64,000 bases of DNA from Octopus sinensis (Eukaryota). This document shows positions 36,100-51,000 of this stretch, in pieces (the first letter of the stretch is position 1; each line of letters begins with the position of its first letter). A program made the position numbers and the translations under genes. Location of the stretch: positions 1 to 64,000 of the forward strand of contig NW_021834224.1 of the NCBI RefSeq assembly GCF_006345805.1. Direction: 5' to 3'. The notes below the pieces were generated by a model. It had not been told where the DNA came from, did no database searches, and was given only the letters and a program-made list of their open reading frames with translations.

Positions 36100-39000
36100 C
36101 TCCTTTACATTTAAACTGGCCAATAATCTGGTCAATATGTCCTGCCCCTTTTAAGTTTGAAACAGTCAGATCTGGTCTTTTTCACACCTACTCTAAAATG
36201 TCATTCTAAGAATAAACAATCACATCATTGATAATCTCAAAGCTATGAGATAAAACATGATTGATGGAGAACAATGATCATACATAAGCCATGGCATTTG
36301 ACAGAATAGTCTGAATGCTAAAGGGTTAATGTTTAAAGAAGCCAGATCCAGCCTCTCCTACCTGTCCTACAATGTCAATCTAAGAATAAACAATCACATC
36401 ATTGATAATCTCAAAGCTATGAGATAAAACATGATTGATGGAGAACAATGATCATACATAAGCCATGGCATTTGACAGAATAGTCTGAATGCTAAAGGGT
36501 TAATGTTTAAAGAAGCCAGATCCAGCCTCTCCTACCTGTCCTACAATGTCAATCTAAGAATAAACAATCACATCATTGATAATCTCAAAGCTACGAGATA
36601 AAACATGATTGATGGAGAACAATGATCATACATAAGCCATGGCATTTGACAGAATAGTCTGAATGCTAAAGGGTTAATGTTTAAAGAAGCCAGATCCAGC
36701 CTCTCGTACCTGTCCTACAATGTCAATCTAAGAATAAACAATCACATCATTGATAATCTCAAAGCTACGAGATAAAACATGATTGATGGAGAACAATGAT
36801 CATACATAAGCCATGGCATTTGACAGAATAATCTGAATGCTAAAGGGTCAATGTTTAAAGAAGCCAGATCCAGCCTCTCGTACCTGTCCTACAATGTCAT
36901 TCTAAGAATAAACAATCACATCATTGATAATCTCAAAGCTACGAGATAAAACATGATTGATGGAGAACAATGATCATACATAAGCCATGGCATTTGACAG
37001 AATAGTCTGAATGCTAAAGGGTTAATGTTTAAAGAAGCCAGATCCAGCCTCTCGTACCTGTCCTACAATGTCATTCTAAGAATAAACAATCACATCATTG
37101 ATAATCTCAAAGCTACGAGATAAAACATGATTGATGGAGAACAATGATCATACATAAGCCATGGCATTTGACAGAATAGTCTGAATGCTAAAGGGTTAAT
37201 GTTTAAAGAAGCCAGATCCAGCCTCTCGTACCTGTCCTACAATGTCAATCTAAGAATAAACAATCACATCATTGATAATCTCAAAGCTACGAGATAAAAC
37301 ATGATTGATGGAGAACAATGATCATACATAAGCCATGGCATTTGACAGAATAATCTGAATGCTAAAGGGTTAATGTTTAAAGAAGCCAGATCCAGCCTCT
37401 CATACCTGTCCTACAATGTCAATCTAAGAATAAACAATCACATCATTGATAATCTAAAGCTACGAGATATAAAACATGATTGATGGAGAACAATGATCAT
37501 ACATAAGCCATGGCATTTGACAGAATAATCTGGATGCTAAAGGGTTAATGTTTAAAGAAGCCAGATCCAGCCTCTCGTACCTGTCCTACAATGTCATTCT
37601 AAGAATAAACAATCACATCATTGATAATCTCAAAGCTACGAGATAAAACATGATTGATGGAGAACAATGATCATACATAAGCCATGGCATTTGACAGAAT
37701 AGTCTGAATGCTAAAGGTTAATGTTTAAAGAAGCCAGATCCAGCCTCTCGTACCTGTCCTACAATGTCAATCTAAGAATAAACAATCACACATCATTGAT
37801 AATCTCAAAGCTATGAGATAAAACATGATTGATGGAGAACAATGATCATACATAAGCATGGCATTTGACAGAATAATCTGGATGCTAAAGGGTTAATGTT
37901 AAAGAAGCCAGATCCAGCCTCTCGTACCTGTCCTACAATGTCATTCTAAGAATAAACAATCACATCATTGATAATCTCAAAGCTACGAGATAAAACATGA
38001 TTGATGGAGAACAATGATCATACATAAGCCATGGCATTTGACAGAATAGTCTGAATGCTAAAGGGTTAATGTTTAAAGAAGCCAGATCCAGCCTCTCGTG
38101 CCTGTCCTACAATGTCATCTAAGAATAAACAATCACATCATTGATAATCTCAAAGCTATGAGATAAAACATGATTGATGGAGAACATGATCATACATAAG
38201 CCATGGCATTTGACAGAATAGTCTGAATGCTAAAGGGTTAATGTTAAAGAAGCCAGATCCAGCCTCTCGTACCTGTCCTACAATGTCAATCTAAGAATAA
38301 ACAATCACATCATTGATAATCTCCAAGCTACGAGATAAAACATGATTGATGGAGAACAATGATCATACATAAGCCATGGCATTTGACAGAATAGTCTGAA
38401 TGCTAAAGGGTTAATGTTTAAAGAAGCCAGATCCAGCCTCTCGTACCTGTCCTACAATGTCAATCTAAGAATAAACAATCACATCATTGATAATCTCAAG
38501 CTACGAGATAAAACATGATTGATGGAGAACAATGATCATACATAAGCCATGCATTTGACAGAATAATCTGAATGCTAAAGGGTTAATGTTTAAAGAAGCC
38601 AGATCCAGCCTCTCGTACCTGTCCTACAATGTCATTCTAAGAATAAACAATCACATCATTGATAATCTCAAAGCTATGAGATAAAACATGATTGATGGAG
38701 AACAATGATCATACATAAGCCATGGCATTTGACAGAATAGTCTGAATGCTAAAGGGTTAATGTTTAAAGAAGCCAGATCCAGCCTCTCGTACCTGTCCTA
38801 CAATGTCAATCTAAGAATAAACAATCACATCATTGATAATCTCAAAGCTACGAGATAAAACATGATTGATGGAGAACAATGATCATACATAAGCCATGGC
38901 ATTTGACAGAATAATCTGAATGCTAAAGGGTTAATGTTTAAAGAAGCCAGATCCAGCCTCTCGTACCTGTCCTACAATGTCATTCTAAGAATAAACAATC

Positions 39001-42000
39001 ACATCATTGATAATCTCAAAGCTACGAGATAAAACATGATTGATGGAGAACAATGATCATACATAAGCCATGGCATTTGACAGAATAATCTGAATGCTAA
39101 AGGGTTAATGTTTAAAGAAGCCAGATCCAGCCTCTCATACCTGTCCTACAATGTCAATCTAAGAATAAACAATCACATCATTGATAATCTCAAAGCTACG
39201 AGATAAAACATGATTGATGGAGAACAATGATCATACATAAGCCATGGCATTTGACAAAATAATCTGGATGCTAAAGGGTTAATGTTAAAGAAGCCAGATC
39301 CAGCCTCTCGTACCTGTCCTACAATGTCATTCTAAGAATAAACAATCACATCATCATTGATAATCTCAAAGCTACGAGATAAAACATGATTGATGGAGAA
39401 CAATGATCATACATAAGCCATGGCATTTGACAGAATAGTCTGAATGCTAAAGGGTTAATGTTTAAAGAAGCCAGATCCAGCCTCTCGTACTTGTCCTACA
39501 ATGTCAATCTAAGAATAAACATCACATCATTGATAATCTCAAAGCTACGAGATAAAACATGATTGATGGAGAACAATGATCATACAAAAGCCATGGCATT
39601 TGACAGAATAATCTGGATGCTAAAGGGTTAATGTTTAAAGATGCCAGATCCAGCCTCTTGTACATGTCCTACAATGTCATTCTAAGAATAAACAATCACA
39701 TCATTGATAATCTCAAAGCTACGAGATAAAATATGATTGATGGAGAACAATGATCATACATAAGCCATGGCATTCCACAGAATAGTCTGGATGCTAAAGG
39801 GTTAATGTTTAAAGAAGCCAGATCCAGCCTCTCGTACCTGTCCTACAATGTCATTCTAAGAATAAACAATCACATCATTGATAATCTCAAAGCTACGAGA
39901 TAAAACATGATTGATGGGGAACAATGATCATACATAAGCCATGGCATTTGACAGAATAATCTGGATGCTAAAGGGTTAATGTTTAAAGGAGCCAGATCCA
40001 GCCTCTCGTACCTGTCCTACAATGTCATTCTAAGAATAAACAATCACATCATTGATAATCTCAAAGCTACGAGATAAAACATGATTGATGGAGAACAATG
40101 ATCATACATAAGCCATGGCATTTGACAGAATAGTCTGGATGCTAAAGGGTTAATGTTTAAAGAAGCCAGATCCAGCCTATCGTACCTGTCCTACAATGTC
40201 ATTCTAAGAATAAACAATCACATCATTGATAATCTCAAAGCTACGAGATAAAACATGATTGATGGAGAACAATGATCATACATAAGCCATGGCATTTGAC
40301 AGAATAGTCTGGATGCTAAAGGGTTAATGTTTAAAGAAGCCAGATCCAGCCTATCGTACCTGTCCTACAATGTCATTCTAAGAATAAACAATCACATCAT
40401 TGATAATCTCAAAGCTACGAGATAAAACATGATTGATGGAGAACAATGATCATACATAAGCCATGGCATTTGACAGAATAATCTGAATGCTAAAGGGTTA
40501 ATGTTTAAAGAAGCCAGATCCAGCCTCTCATACCTGTCCTACAATGTCAATCTAAGAATAAACAATCACATCATTGATAATCTCAAAGCTACGATATAAA
40601 ACATGATTGATGGAGAACAATGATCATACATAAGCCATGGCATTTGACAGAATAATCTGGATGCTAAAGGGTTAATGTTTAAAGAAGCCAGATCCAGCCT
40701 CTCGTACCTGTCCTACAATGTCATTCTAAGAATAAACAATCACATCATTGATAATCTCAAAGCTACGAGATAAAACATGATTGATGGAGAACAATGATCA
40801 TACATAAGCCATGGCATTTGACAGAATAGTCTGAATGCTAAAGGGTTAATGTTTAAAGAAGCCAGATCCAGCCTCTCGTACTTGTCCTACAATGTCAATC
40901 TAAGAATAAACAATCACATCATTGATAATCTCAAAGCTACGAGATAAAACATGATTGATGGAGAACAATGATCATACAAAAGCCATGGCATTTGACAGAA
41001 TAATCTGGATGCTAAAGGGTTAATGTTTAAAGATGCCAGATCCAGCCTCTGTACCTGTCCTACAATGTCATTCTAAGAATAAACAATCACATCATTGATA
41101 ATCTCAAAGCTACGAGATAAAATATGATTGATGGAGAACAATGATCATACATAAGCCATGGCATTTCACAGAATAGTCTGGATGCTAAGGGTTAATGTTT
41201 AAAGAAGCCAGATCCAGCCTCTCGTACCTGTCCTACAATGTCAATCTAAGAATAAACAATCACATCATTGATAATCTCAAAGCTACGAGATAAAACATGA
41301 TTGATGGAGAACAATGATCATACATAAGCCATGGCATTTGACAGAATAGTCTGGATGCTAAAGGGTTAATGTTAAAGAAGCCAGATCCAGCCTCTCGTAC
41401 CTGTCCTACAATGTCATTCTAAGAATAAACAATCACATCATTGATAATCTCAAAGCTACGAGATAAAATATGATTGATGGAGAACAATGATCATACATAA
41501 GCCATGGCATTTGACAGAATAATCTGAATGCTAAAGGTTAATGTTTAAAGAAGCCAGATCCAGCCTCTCGTACCTGTCCTACATGTCAATCTAAGAATAA
41601 ACAATCACATCATTGATAATCTCAAAGCTACGAGATAAAACATGATTGATGGAGAACAATGATCATACATAAGCCATGGCATTTGACAGAATAATCTGGA
41701 TGCTAAAGGGTTAATGTTTAAAGAAGCCAGATCCAGCCTCTCGTACCTGTCCTACAATGTCATTCTAAGAATAAACAATCACATCATTGATAATCTCAAA
41801 GCTACGAGATAAAACATGATTGATGGAGAACAATGATCATACATAAGCCATGGCATTTGACAGAATAATCTGGATGCTAAAGGGTTAATGTTTAAAGAAG
41901 CCAGATCCAGCCTCTTGTACCTGTCCTACAATGTCATTCTAAGAATAAACAATCACATCATTGATAATCTCAAAGCTACAAGATAAAATATGATTGATGG

Positions 42001-45000
42001 AGAACAGATCATACATAAGCCATGGCATTTCACAGAATAGTCTGGATGCTAAAGGGTTAATGTTTAAAGAAGCCAGATCCAGCCTCTCGTACCTGTCCTA
42101 CAATGTCATTCTAAGAATAAACAATCACATCATTGATAATCTCAAAGCTACGAGATAAAACATGATTGATGGAGAACAATGATCATACTACCATGGCATT
42201 TGACAGAATAATCTGGATGCTAAAGGTTAATGTTTAAAGAAGCCAGATCCAGCCTCTCGTACCTGTCCTACAATGTCATTCTAAGAATAAACAATCACAT
42301 CATTGATAATCTCAAAGCTACGAGATAAAACATGATTAATGGAGAACAATGATCATACATAAGCCATGGCATTTGACAGAATAATCTGGATGCTAAAGGG
42401 TTAATGTTTAAAGAAGCCAGATCCAGCCTCTCGTACCTGTCCTACAATGTCATTCTAAGAATAAACAATCACATCATTGATAATCTCAAAGCTACGAGAT
42501 AAAACATGATTGATGGAGAACAATGATCATACATAAGCCATGGCATTTGACAGAATAGTCTGAATGCTAAAGGGTTAATGTTTAAAGAAGCCAGATCCAG
42601 CCTCTCGTACCTGTCCTACAATGTCAATCTAATAAACAATCACACACATCATTGATAATCTCAAAGCTATGAGATAACATGATTGATGGAGAACAATGAT
42701 CATACATAAGCCATGGCATTTGACAGAATAGTCTGAATGCTAAAGGGTTAATGTTTAAAGAAGCCAGATCCAGCCTCTCGTACCTGTCCTACAATGTCAA
42801 TCTAAGAATAAACAATCACATCATTGATAATCTCAAAGCTATGAGATAAAACATGATTGATGGAGAACAATGATCATACATAAGCCATGGCATTTGACAG
42901 AATAGTCTGAATGCTAAAGGGTTAATGTTTAAAGAAGCCAGATCCAGCCTCTCGTACCTGTCTACAATGTCAATCTAAGAATAACAATCACATCATTGAT
43001 AATCTCAAAGCTACGAGATAAAACATGATTGATGGAGAACAATGATCATACATAAGCAATGGCATTTGACAGAATAATCTGAATGCTAAAGGGTTATGTT
43101 TAAGAAGCCAGATCCAGCCTCTCGTACCTGTCCTACAATGTCAATCGAAGAATAAACAATCACATCATTGATAATCTCAAAGCTACGAGATAAAACATGA
43201 TTGATGGAGAACAATGATCATACATAAGCCATGGCATTTGACAGAATAGTCTGAATGGTAAAGGGTTAATGTTAAAAGAAGCCAGATCCAGCCTCTCCTA
43301 CCTGTCCTACAATGTCAATCTAAGAATAAAAAATCACATCATTGATAATCTCAAAGCTACGAGATAAAACATGATTGATGGAGAACAATGATCATACATA
43401 AGCCATGGCATTTGACAGAATAGTCTGAATGCTAAAGGGTTAAGTTTTAAAGAAGCCAGATCCAGCCTCTCCTACCTGTCCTACATGTCAATCTAAGAAT
43501 AAACAATCACATCATTGATAATCTCAAAGCTACGAGATAAAACATGATTGATGGAGAACAATGATCATACATAAGCCATGGCATTTGACAGAATAGTCTG
43601 AATGCTAAAGGGTTAATGTTTAAAGAAGCCAGATCCAGCCTCTCGTACCTGTCCTACAATGTCAATCTAAGAATAAACAATCACATCATTGATAATCTCA
43701 AAGCTATGAGATAAAACATGATTGATGGAGAACAATGATCATACATAAGCCATGGCATTTGACAGAATAGTCTGAATGCTAAAGGGTTAATGTTTAAAGA
43801 AGCCAGATCCAGCCCCTCCTACCTGTCCTACAATGTCAATCTAAGAATAAACAATCACATCATTGATAATCTCAAAGCTACGAGATAAAACATGATTGAT
43901 GGAGAACAATGATCATACATAAGCCATGGCATTTGACAGAGTAATCTGGATGCTAAAGGGTTAATGTTTAAAGAAGCCAGATCCAGCCTCTCGTACCGGT
44001 CCTACAATGTCAATCTAAGAATAAACAATCACATCATTGATAATCTCAAAGCTACGAGATAAAACATGATTGATGGAGAACAATGATCATACATAAGCCA
44101 TGGCATTTGACAGAATAGTCTGAATGCTAAAGTGTTAATGTTTAAAGAAGCCAGATCCAGCCTCTCGTACCTGTCCTACAATGTCAATCTAAGAATAAAC
44201 AATCACATCATTGATAATCTCAAAGCTATGAGATAAAACATGATTGATGGAGAACAATGATCATACATAAGCCATGGCATTTGACAGAATAGTCTGAATG
44301 CTAAAGGGTTAATGTTTAAAGAAGCCAGATCCAGCCTCTGGTACCTGTCCTACAATGTCAATCTAAGAATAAACAATCACATCATTGATAATCTCAAAGC
44401 TATGAGATAAAACATGATTGATGGAGAACAATGATCATACATAAGCCATGGCATTTGACAGAATAATCTGAATGCTAAAGGGTTAATGTTTAAAGAAGCC
44501 AGATCCAGCCTCTCGTACCTGTCCTACAATGTCAATCTAAGAATAAACAATCACATCATTGATAATCTCAAAGCTATGAGATAAAACATGATTGATGGAG
44601 AACAATGATCATACATAAGCCATGGCATTTGACAGAATAGTCTGAATGCTAAAGGGTTAATGTTTAAAAAGCCAGATCCAGCCTCTCGTACCTGTCCTAC
44701 AATGTCAATCTAAGAATAAACAATCACATCATTGATAATCTCAAAGCTACGAGATAAAACATGATTGATGGAGAACAATGATCATACATAAGCAATGGCA
44801 TTTGACAGAATAATCTGAATGCTAAAGGGTTAATGTTTAAAAAGCCAGATCCAGCCTCTCGTACCTGTCCTACAATGTCAATCTAAGAATAAACAATCAC
44901 ATCATTGATAATCTCAAAGCTACGAGATAAAAATGATTGATGGAGAACAATGATCATACATAAGCCATGGCATTTGACAGAATAATCTGAATGCTAAAGG

Positions 45001-48000
45001 GTTAATGTTTAAAGAAGCCAGATCCAGCCTCTCCTACCTACCTGTCCTACAATGTCAATCTAAGAAGAAAACAATCACATCATTGATAATCTCAAAGCTA
45101 CGAGATAAAACATGATTGATGGAGAACAATGATCATACATAAGCCATGGCATTGACAGAATAATCTGGATGCTAAAGGTTAATGTTTAAAGAAGCCAGAT
45201 CCTGCCTTTCCTACCTGTCCTACAATGTCAATCTAAGAATAAACAATCACATCATTGATAATCTCAAAGCTACGAGATAAAACATGATTGATGGAGAACA
45301 ATGATCATACATAAGCCATGGCATTTGACAGAATAGTCTGAATGCTAAAGGGTTAATGTTTAAAGAAGCCAGATCCAGCCCCTCCTACCTGTCCTACAAT
45401 GTCAATCTAAGAATAAACAATCACATCATTGATAATCTCAAAGCTACGAGATAAAACATGATTGATGGAGAACAATGATCATACATAAGCCATGGCATTT
45501 GACAGAGTAATCTGGATGCTAAAGGGTTAATGTTTAAAGAAGCCAGATCCAGCCTCTCGTACCGGTCCTACAATGTCAATCTAAGAATAAACAATCACAT
45601 CATTGATAATCTCAAAGCTACGAGATAAAACATGATTGATGGAGAACAATGATCATACATAAGCCATGGCATTTGACAGAATAGTCTGGATGCTAAAGGG
45701 TTAATGTTTAAAGAAGCCAGATCCAGCCTCTCGTACCTGTCCTACAATGTCAATCTAAGAATAAACAATCACATCATTGATAATCTCAAAGCTATGAGAT
45801 AAAACATGATTGATGGAGAACAATGATCATACATAAGCCATGGCATTTGACAGAATAGTCTGAATGCTAAAGGTTAATGTTTAAAGAAGCCAGATCCAGC
45901 CTCTCGTACCTGTCCTACAATGTCAATCTAAGAATAAACAATCACATCATTGATAATCTCAAAGCTACAAGATAAAACATGATTGATGGAGAACAATGAT
46001 CATACATAAGCCATGGCATTTGACAGAATAATCTGGATGCTAAAGGGTTAATGTTTAAAGAAGCCAGATCCAGCCTCTCGTACCTGTCCTACAATGTCAA
46101 TCTAAGAATAAACAATCACATCATTGATAATCTCAAAGCTATGAGATAAAACATGATTGATAGAGAACAATGATCATACATAAGCCATGGCATTTGACAG
46201 AATAATCTGAATGCTAAAGGGTTAATGTTTAAAGAAGCCAGATCCAGCCTCTCGTACCTGTCCTACAATGTCAATCTAAGAATAAACAATCACATCATTG
46301 ATAATCTCAAAGCTACAAGATAAAACATGATTGATGGAGAACAATGATCATACATAAGCCATGGCATTTGACAGAATAGTCTGAATGCTAAAGGGTTAAT
46401 GTTTAAAGAAGCCAGATCCAGCCTCTCGTACCTGTCCTACAATGTCAATCTAAGAATAAACAATCACATCATTGATAATCTCAAAGCTACGAGATAAAAC
46501 ATGATTGATGGAGAACAATGATCATACATAAGCCATGGCATTTGACAGAATAGTCTGAATGCTAAAGGGTTAATGTTTAAAGAAGCCAGATCCAGCCTCT
46601 CCTACCTGTCCTACAATGTCAATCTAAGAATAAACAATCACATCATTGATAATCTCAAAGCTACGAGATAAAACATGATTGATGGAGAACAATGATCATA
46701 CATAAGCCATGGCATTTGACAGAATAGTCTGAATGCTAAAGGGTTAATGTTTAAAGAAGCCAGATCCAGCCTCTCGTACCTGTCCTACAATGTCAATCTA
46801 AGTATAAACAATCAATCATTGATAATCTCAAAAAGCTACGAGATAAAAGATGATTGATGGAGAACAATGATCATACATAAGCCATGGCATTTGACAGAAT
46901 AATCTGAATGCTAAAGGGTCAATGTTTAAAGAAGCCAGATCCAGCCTCTCGTACCTGTCCTACAATGTCAATCTAAGAATAAACAATCACATCATTGATA
47001 ATCTCAAAGCTACGAGATAAAACATGATTGATGGAGAACAATGATCATACATAAGCCATGGCATTTGACAGAATAATCTGGATGCTAAAGGGTCAATGTT
47101 TAAAGAAGCCAGATCCAGCCTCTCGTACCTCTCCTACAATGTCAATCTAAGAATAAACAATCACATCATTGATAATCTCAAAGCTACGAGATAAAACATG
47201 ATTGATGGAACAATGATCATACATAAGCCATGGCATTTGACAGAATAATCTGGATGCTAAAGGGTCAATGTTTAAAGAAGCCAGATCCAGCCTCTCGTAC
47301 CTGTCCTACAATGTCAATCTAAGTATAAACAATCACATCATTGATAATCTCAAAGCTACGAGATAAAACATGATTGATGGAGAACAATGATCATACATAA
47401 GCCATGGCATTTGACAGAATAGTCTGAATGCTAAAGGGTTAATGTTTAAAGAAGCCAGATCCAGCCTCTCGTACCTGTCCTACAATGTCATTCTAAGAAT
47501 AAACAATCACATCATTGATAATCTCAAAGCTACGAGATAAAACATGATTGATAGAGAACAATGATCATACATAAGCCATGGCATTTGACAGAATAATCTG
47601 GATGCTAAAGGGTAATGTTTAAAGAAGCCAGATCCAGCCTCTCGTACCTGTCCTACAATGTCAATCTAAGTATAAACAATCACATCATTGATAATCTCAA
47701 AGCTACGAGATATAAAACATGATTGATGGAGAACAATGATCATACATAAGCCATGGCATTTGACAGAATAGTCTGAATGCTAAAGGGTTAATGTTTAAAG
47801 AAGCCAGATCCAGCCTCTCGTACCTGTCCTACAATGTCAATCTAAGAATAAACAATCACATCATTGATAATCTCAAAGCTACGAGATAAAACATGATTGA
47901 TGGAGAACAATGATCATACATAAGCCAGGGCATTTGACAGAATAGTCTGAATGCTAAAGGGTTAATGTTTAAAGAAGCCAGATCCAGCCTCTCGTACCTG

Positions 48001-51000
48001 TCCTACAATGTCAATCTAAGAATAAACAATCACATCATTGATAATCTCAAAGCTACGAGATAAAACATGATTGATGGAGAACAATGATCATACATAAGCC
48101 ATGGCATTTGACAGAATAATCTGAATGCTAAAGGGTTAATGTTTAAAGAAGCCAGATCCAGCCTCTCGTACCTGTCCTACAATGTCAATCTAAGAATAAA
48201 CAATCACATCATTGATAATCTCAAAGCTACGAGATAAAACATGATTGATGGAGAACAATGATCATACATAAGCCATGGCATTTGACAGAATAGTCTGAAT
48301 GCTAAAGGGTTAATGTTTAAGAAGCCAGATCCAGCCTCTCGTACCTGTCCTACAATGTCAATCTAAGAATAAACAATCACATCATTGATAATCTCAAAGC
48401 TACGAGATAAAACATGATTGATGGAGAACAATGATCAAACATAAGCCATGGCATTTGACAGAATAGTCTGAATGCTAAAGGGTTAATGTTTAAAGAAGCC
48501 AGATCCAGCCTCTCGTGCCTGTCCTACAATGTCAATCTAAGAATAAACAATCACATCATTGATAATCTCAAAGCTATGAGATAAAACATGATTGATGGAG
48601 AACAATGATCATACATAAGCCATGGCATTTGACAGAATAATCTGAATGCTAAAGGGTTAATGTTTAAAGAAGCCAGATCCAGCCTCTCGTACCTGTCCTA
48701 CAATGTCAATCTAAGAATAAAATCACATCATTGATAATCTCAAAGCTACGAGATAAAACATGATTGATGGAGAACAATGATCATACATAAGCCATGGCAT
48801 TTGACAGAATAATCTGGATGCTAAAGGGTTAATGTTTAAAGAAGCCAGATCCAGCCTCTCGTACCTGTCCTACAATGTCAATCTAAGAAAAAAACAATCA
48901 CATCATTGATAATCTCAAAGCTACGAGATAAAACATGATTGATGGAGAACAATGATCATACATAAGCCATGGCATTTGACAGAATAGTCTGAATGCTAAA
49001 GGGTTAATGTTTAAAGAAGCCAGATCCAGCCTCTCGTACCTGTCCTACAATGTCAATCTAAGAATAAACAATCACATCATTGATAATCTCAAAGCTACGA
49101 GATAAAACATGATTGATGGAGAACAATGATCATACAAAAGCCATGGCATTTGACAGAATAATCTGGATGCTAAAGGGTTAATGTTTAAAGAAGCCAGATC
49201 CAGCCTCTTGTACCTGTCCTACAATGTCATTCTAAGAATAAACAATCACATCATTGATAATCTCAAAGCTACGAGATAAAAATGATTGATGGAGAACAAT
49301 GATCATACATAAGCCATGGCATTTCACAGAATAGTCTGGATGCTAAAGGGTTAATTTTAAAGAAGCCAGATCCAGCCTCTCGTACCTGTCCTACAATGTC
49401 ATTCTAAGAATAAACAATCACATCATTGATAATCTCAAAGCTACGAGATAAAGCATGATTGATGGAGAACAATGATCATACATAAGCCATGGCATTTGAC
49501 AGAATAATCTGGATGCTAAAGGGTTAATGTTTAAAGAAGCCAGATCCAGCCTCTCGTACCTGTCCTACAATGTCATTCTAAGAATAAACAATCACATCAT
49601 TGATAATCTCAAAGCTACGAGATAAAACATGATTGATGGAGAACAATGATCATACATAAGCCATGGCATTTGACAGAATAGTCTGAATGCTAAAGGGTTA
49701 ATGTTTAAAGAAGCCAGATCCAGCCTCTCGTACCTGTCCTACAATGTCAATCTAAGAATAAACAATCACATCATTGATAATCTCAAAGCTATGAGATAAA
49801 ACATGATTGATGGAGAACAATGATCATACATAAGCCATGGCATTTGACAGAATAGTCTGAATGCTAAAGGGTTAATGTTTAAGAAGCCAGATCCAGCCTC
49901 TCGTACCTGTCCTACAATGTCAATCTAAGAATAAACAATCACATCATTGATAATCTCAAAGCTATGAGATAAAACATGATTGATGGAGAACAATGATCAT
50001 ACATAAGCCATGGCATTTGACAGAATAGTCTGAATGCTAAGGGTTAATGTTTAAAGAAGCCAGATCCAGCCTCTCGTACCTGTCCTACAATGTCAATCAA
50101 AGAATAAACAATCACATCATTGATAATCTCAAAGCTACGAGATAAAACATGATTGATGGAGAATAATGATCATACATAAGCCATGGCATTTGACAGAATA
50201 ATCTGAATGCTAAAGGGTTAATGTTTAAAGAAGCCAGATCCAGCCTCTCCTACCTGTCCTACAATGTCAATCTAAGAATAAAAAATCACATCATTGATAA
50301 TCTCAAAGCTACGAGATAAAACATGATTGATGGAGAACAATGATCATACATAAGCCATGGCATTTGACAGAATAATCTGAATGCTAAAGGGTTAATGTTT
50401 AAAGAAGCCAGATCCAGCCTCTCCTAGCTGTCCTACAATGTCAATCTAAGAATAAACAATCACATCATTGATAATCTCAAAGCTACGAGATAAAACATGA
50501 TTGATGGAGAACAATGATCATACATAAGCCATGGCATTTGACAGAATAATCTGAATGCTAAAGGGTTAATGTTTAAAGAAGCCAGATCCAGCCTCTCCTA
50601 CCTGTCCTACAATGTCAATCTAAGAATAAACAATCACATCATTGATAATCTCAAAGCTACGAGATAAAACATGATTGATGGAGAACAATGATCATACATA
50701 AGCCATGGCATTTGACAGAATAATCTGGATGCTAAAGGGTTAATGTTTAAAGAAGCCAGATCCAGCCTCTTGTACCTGTCCTACAATGTCATTCTAAGAA
50801 TAAACAATCACATCATTGATAATCTCAAAGCTACGAGATAAAACATGATTGATGGAGAACAATGATCATACATAAGCCATGGCATTTCACAGAATAGTCT
50901 GGATGCTAAAGGGTTAATGTTTAAAGAAGCCAGACCCAGCCTCTCGTACCTGTCCTACAATGTCATTCTAAGAATAAACAATCACATCATTGATAATCTC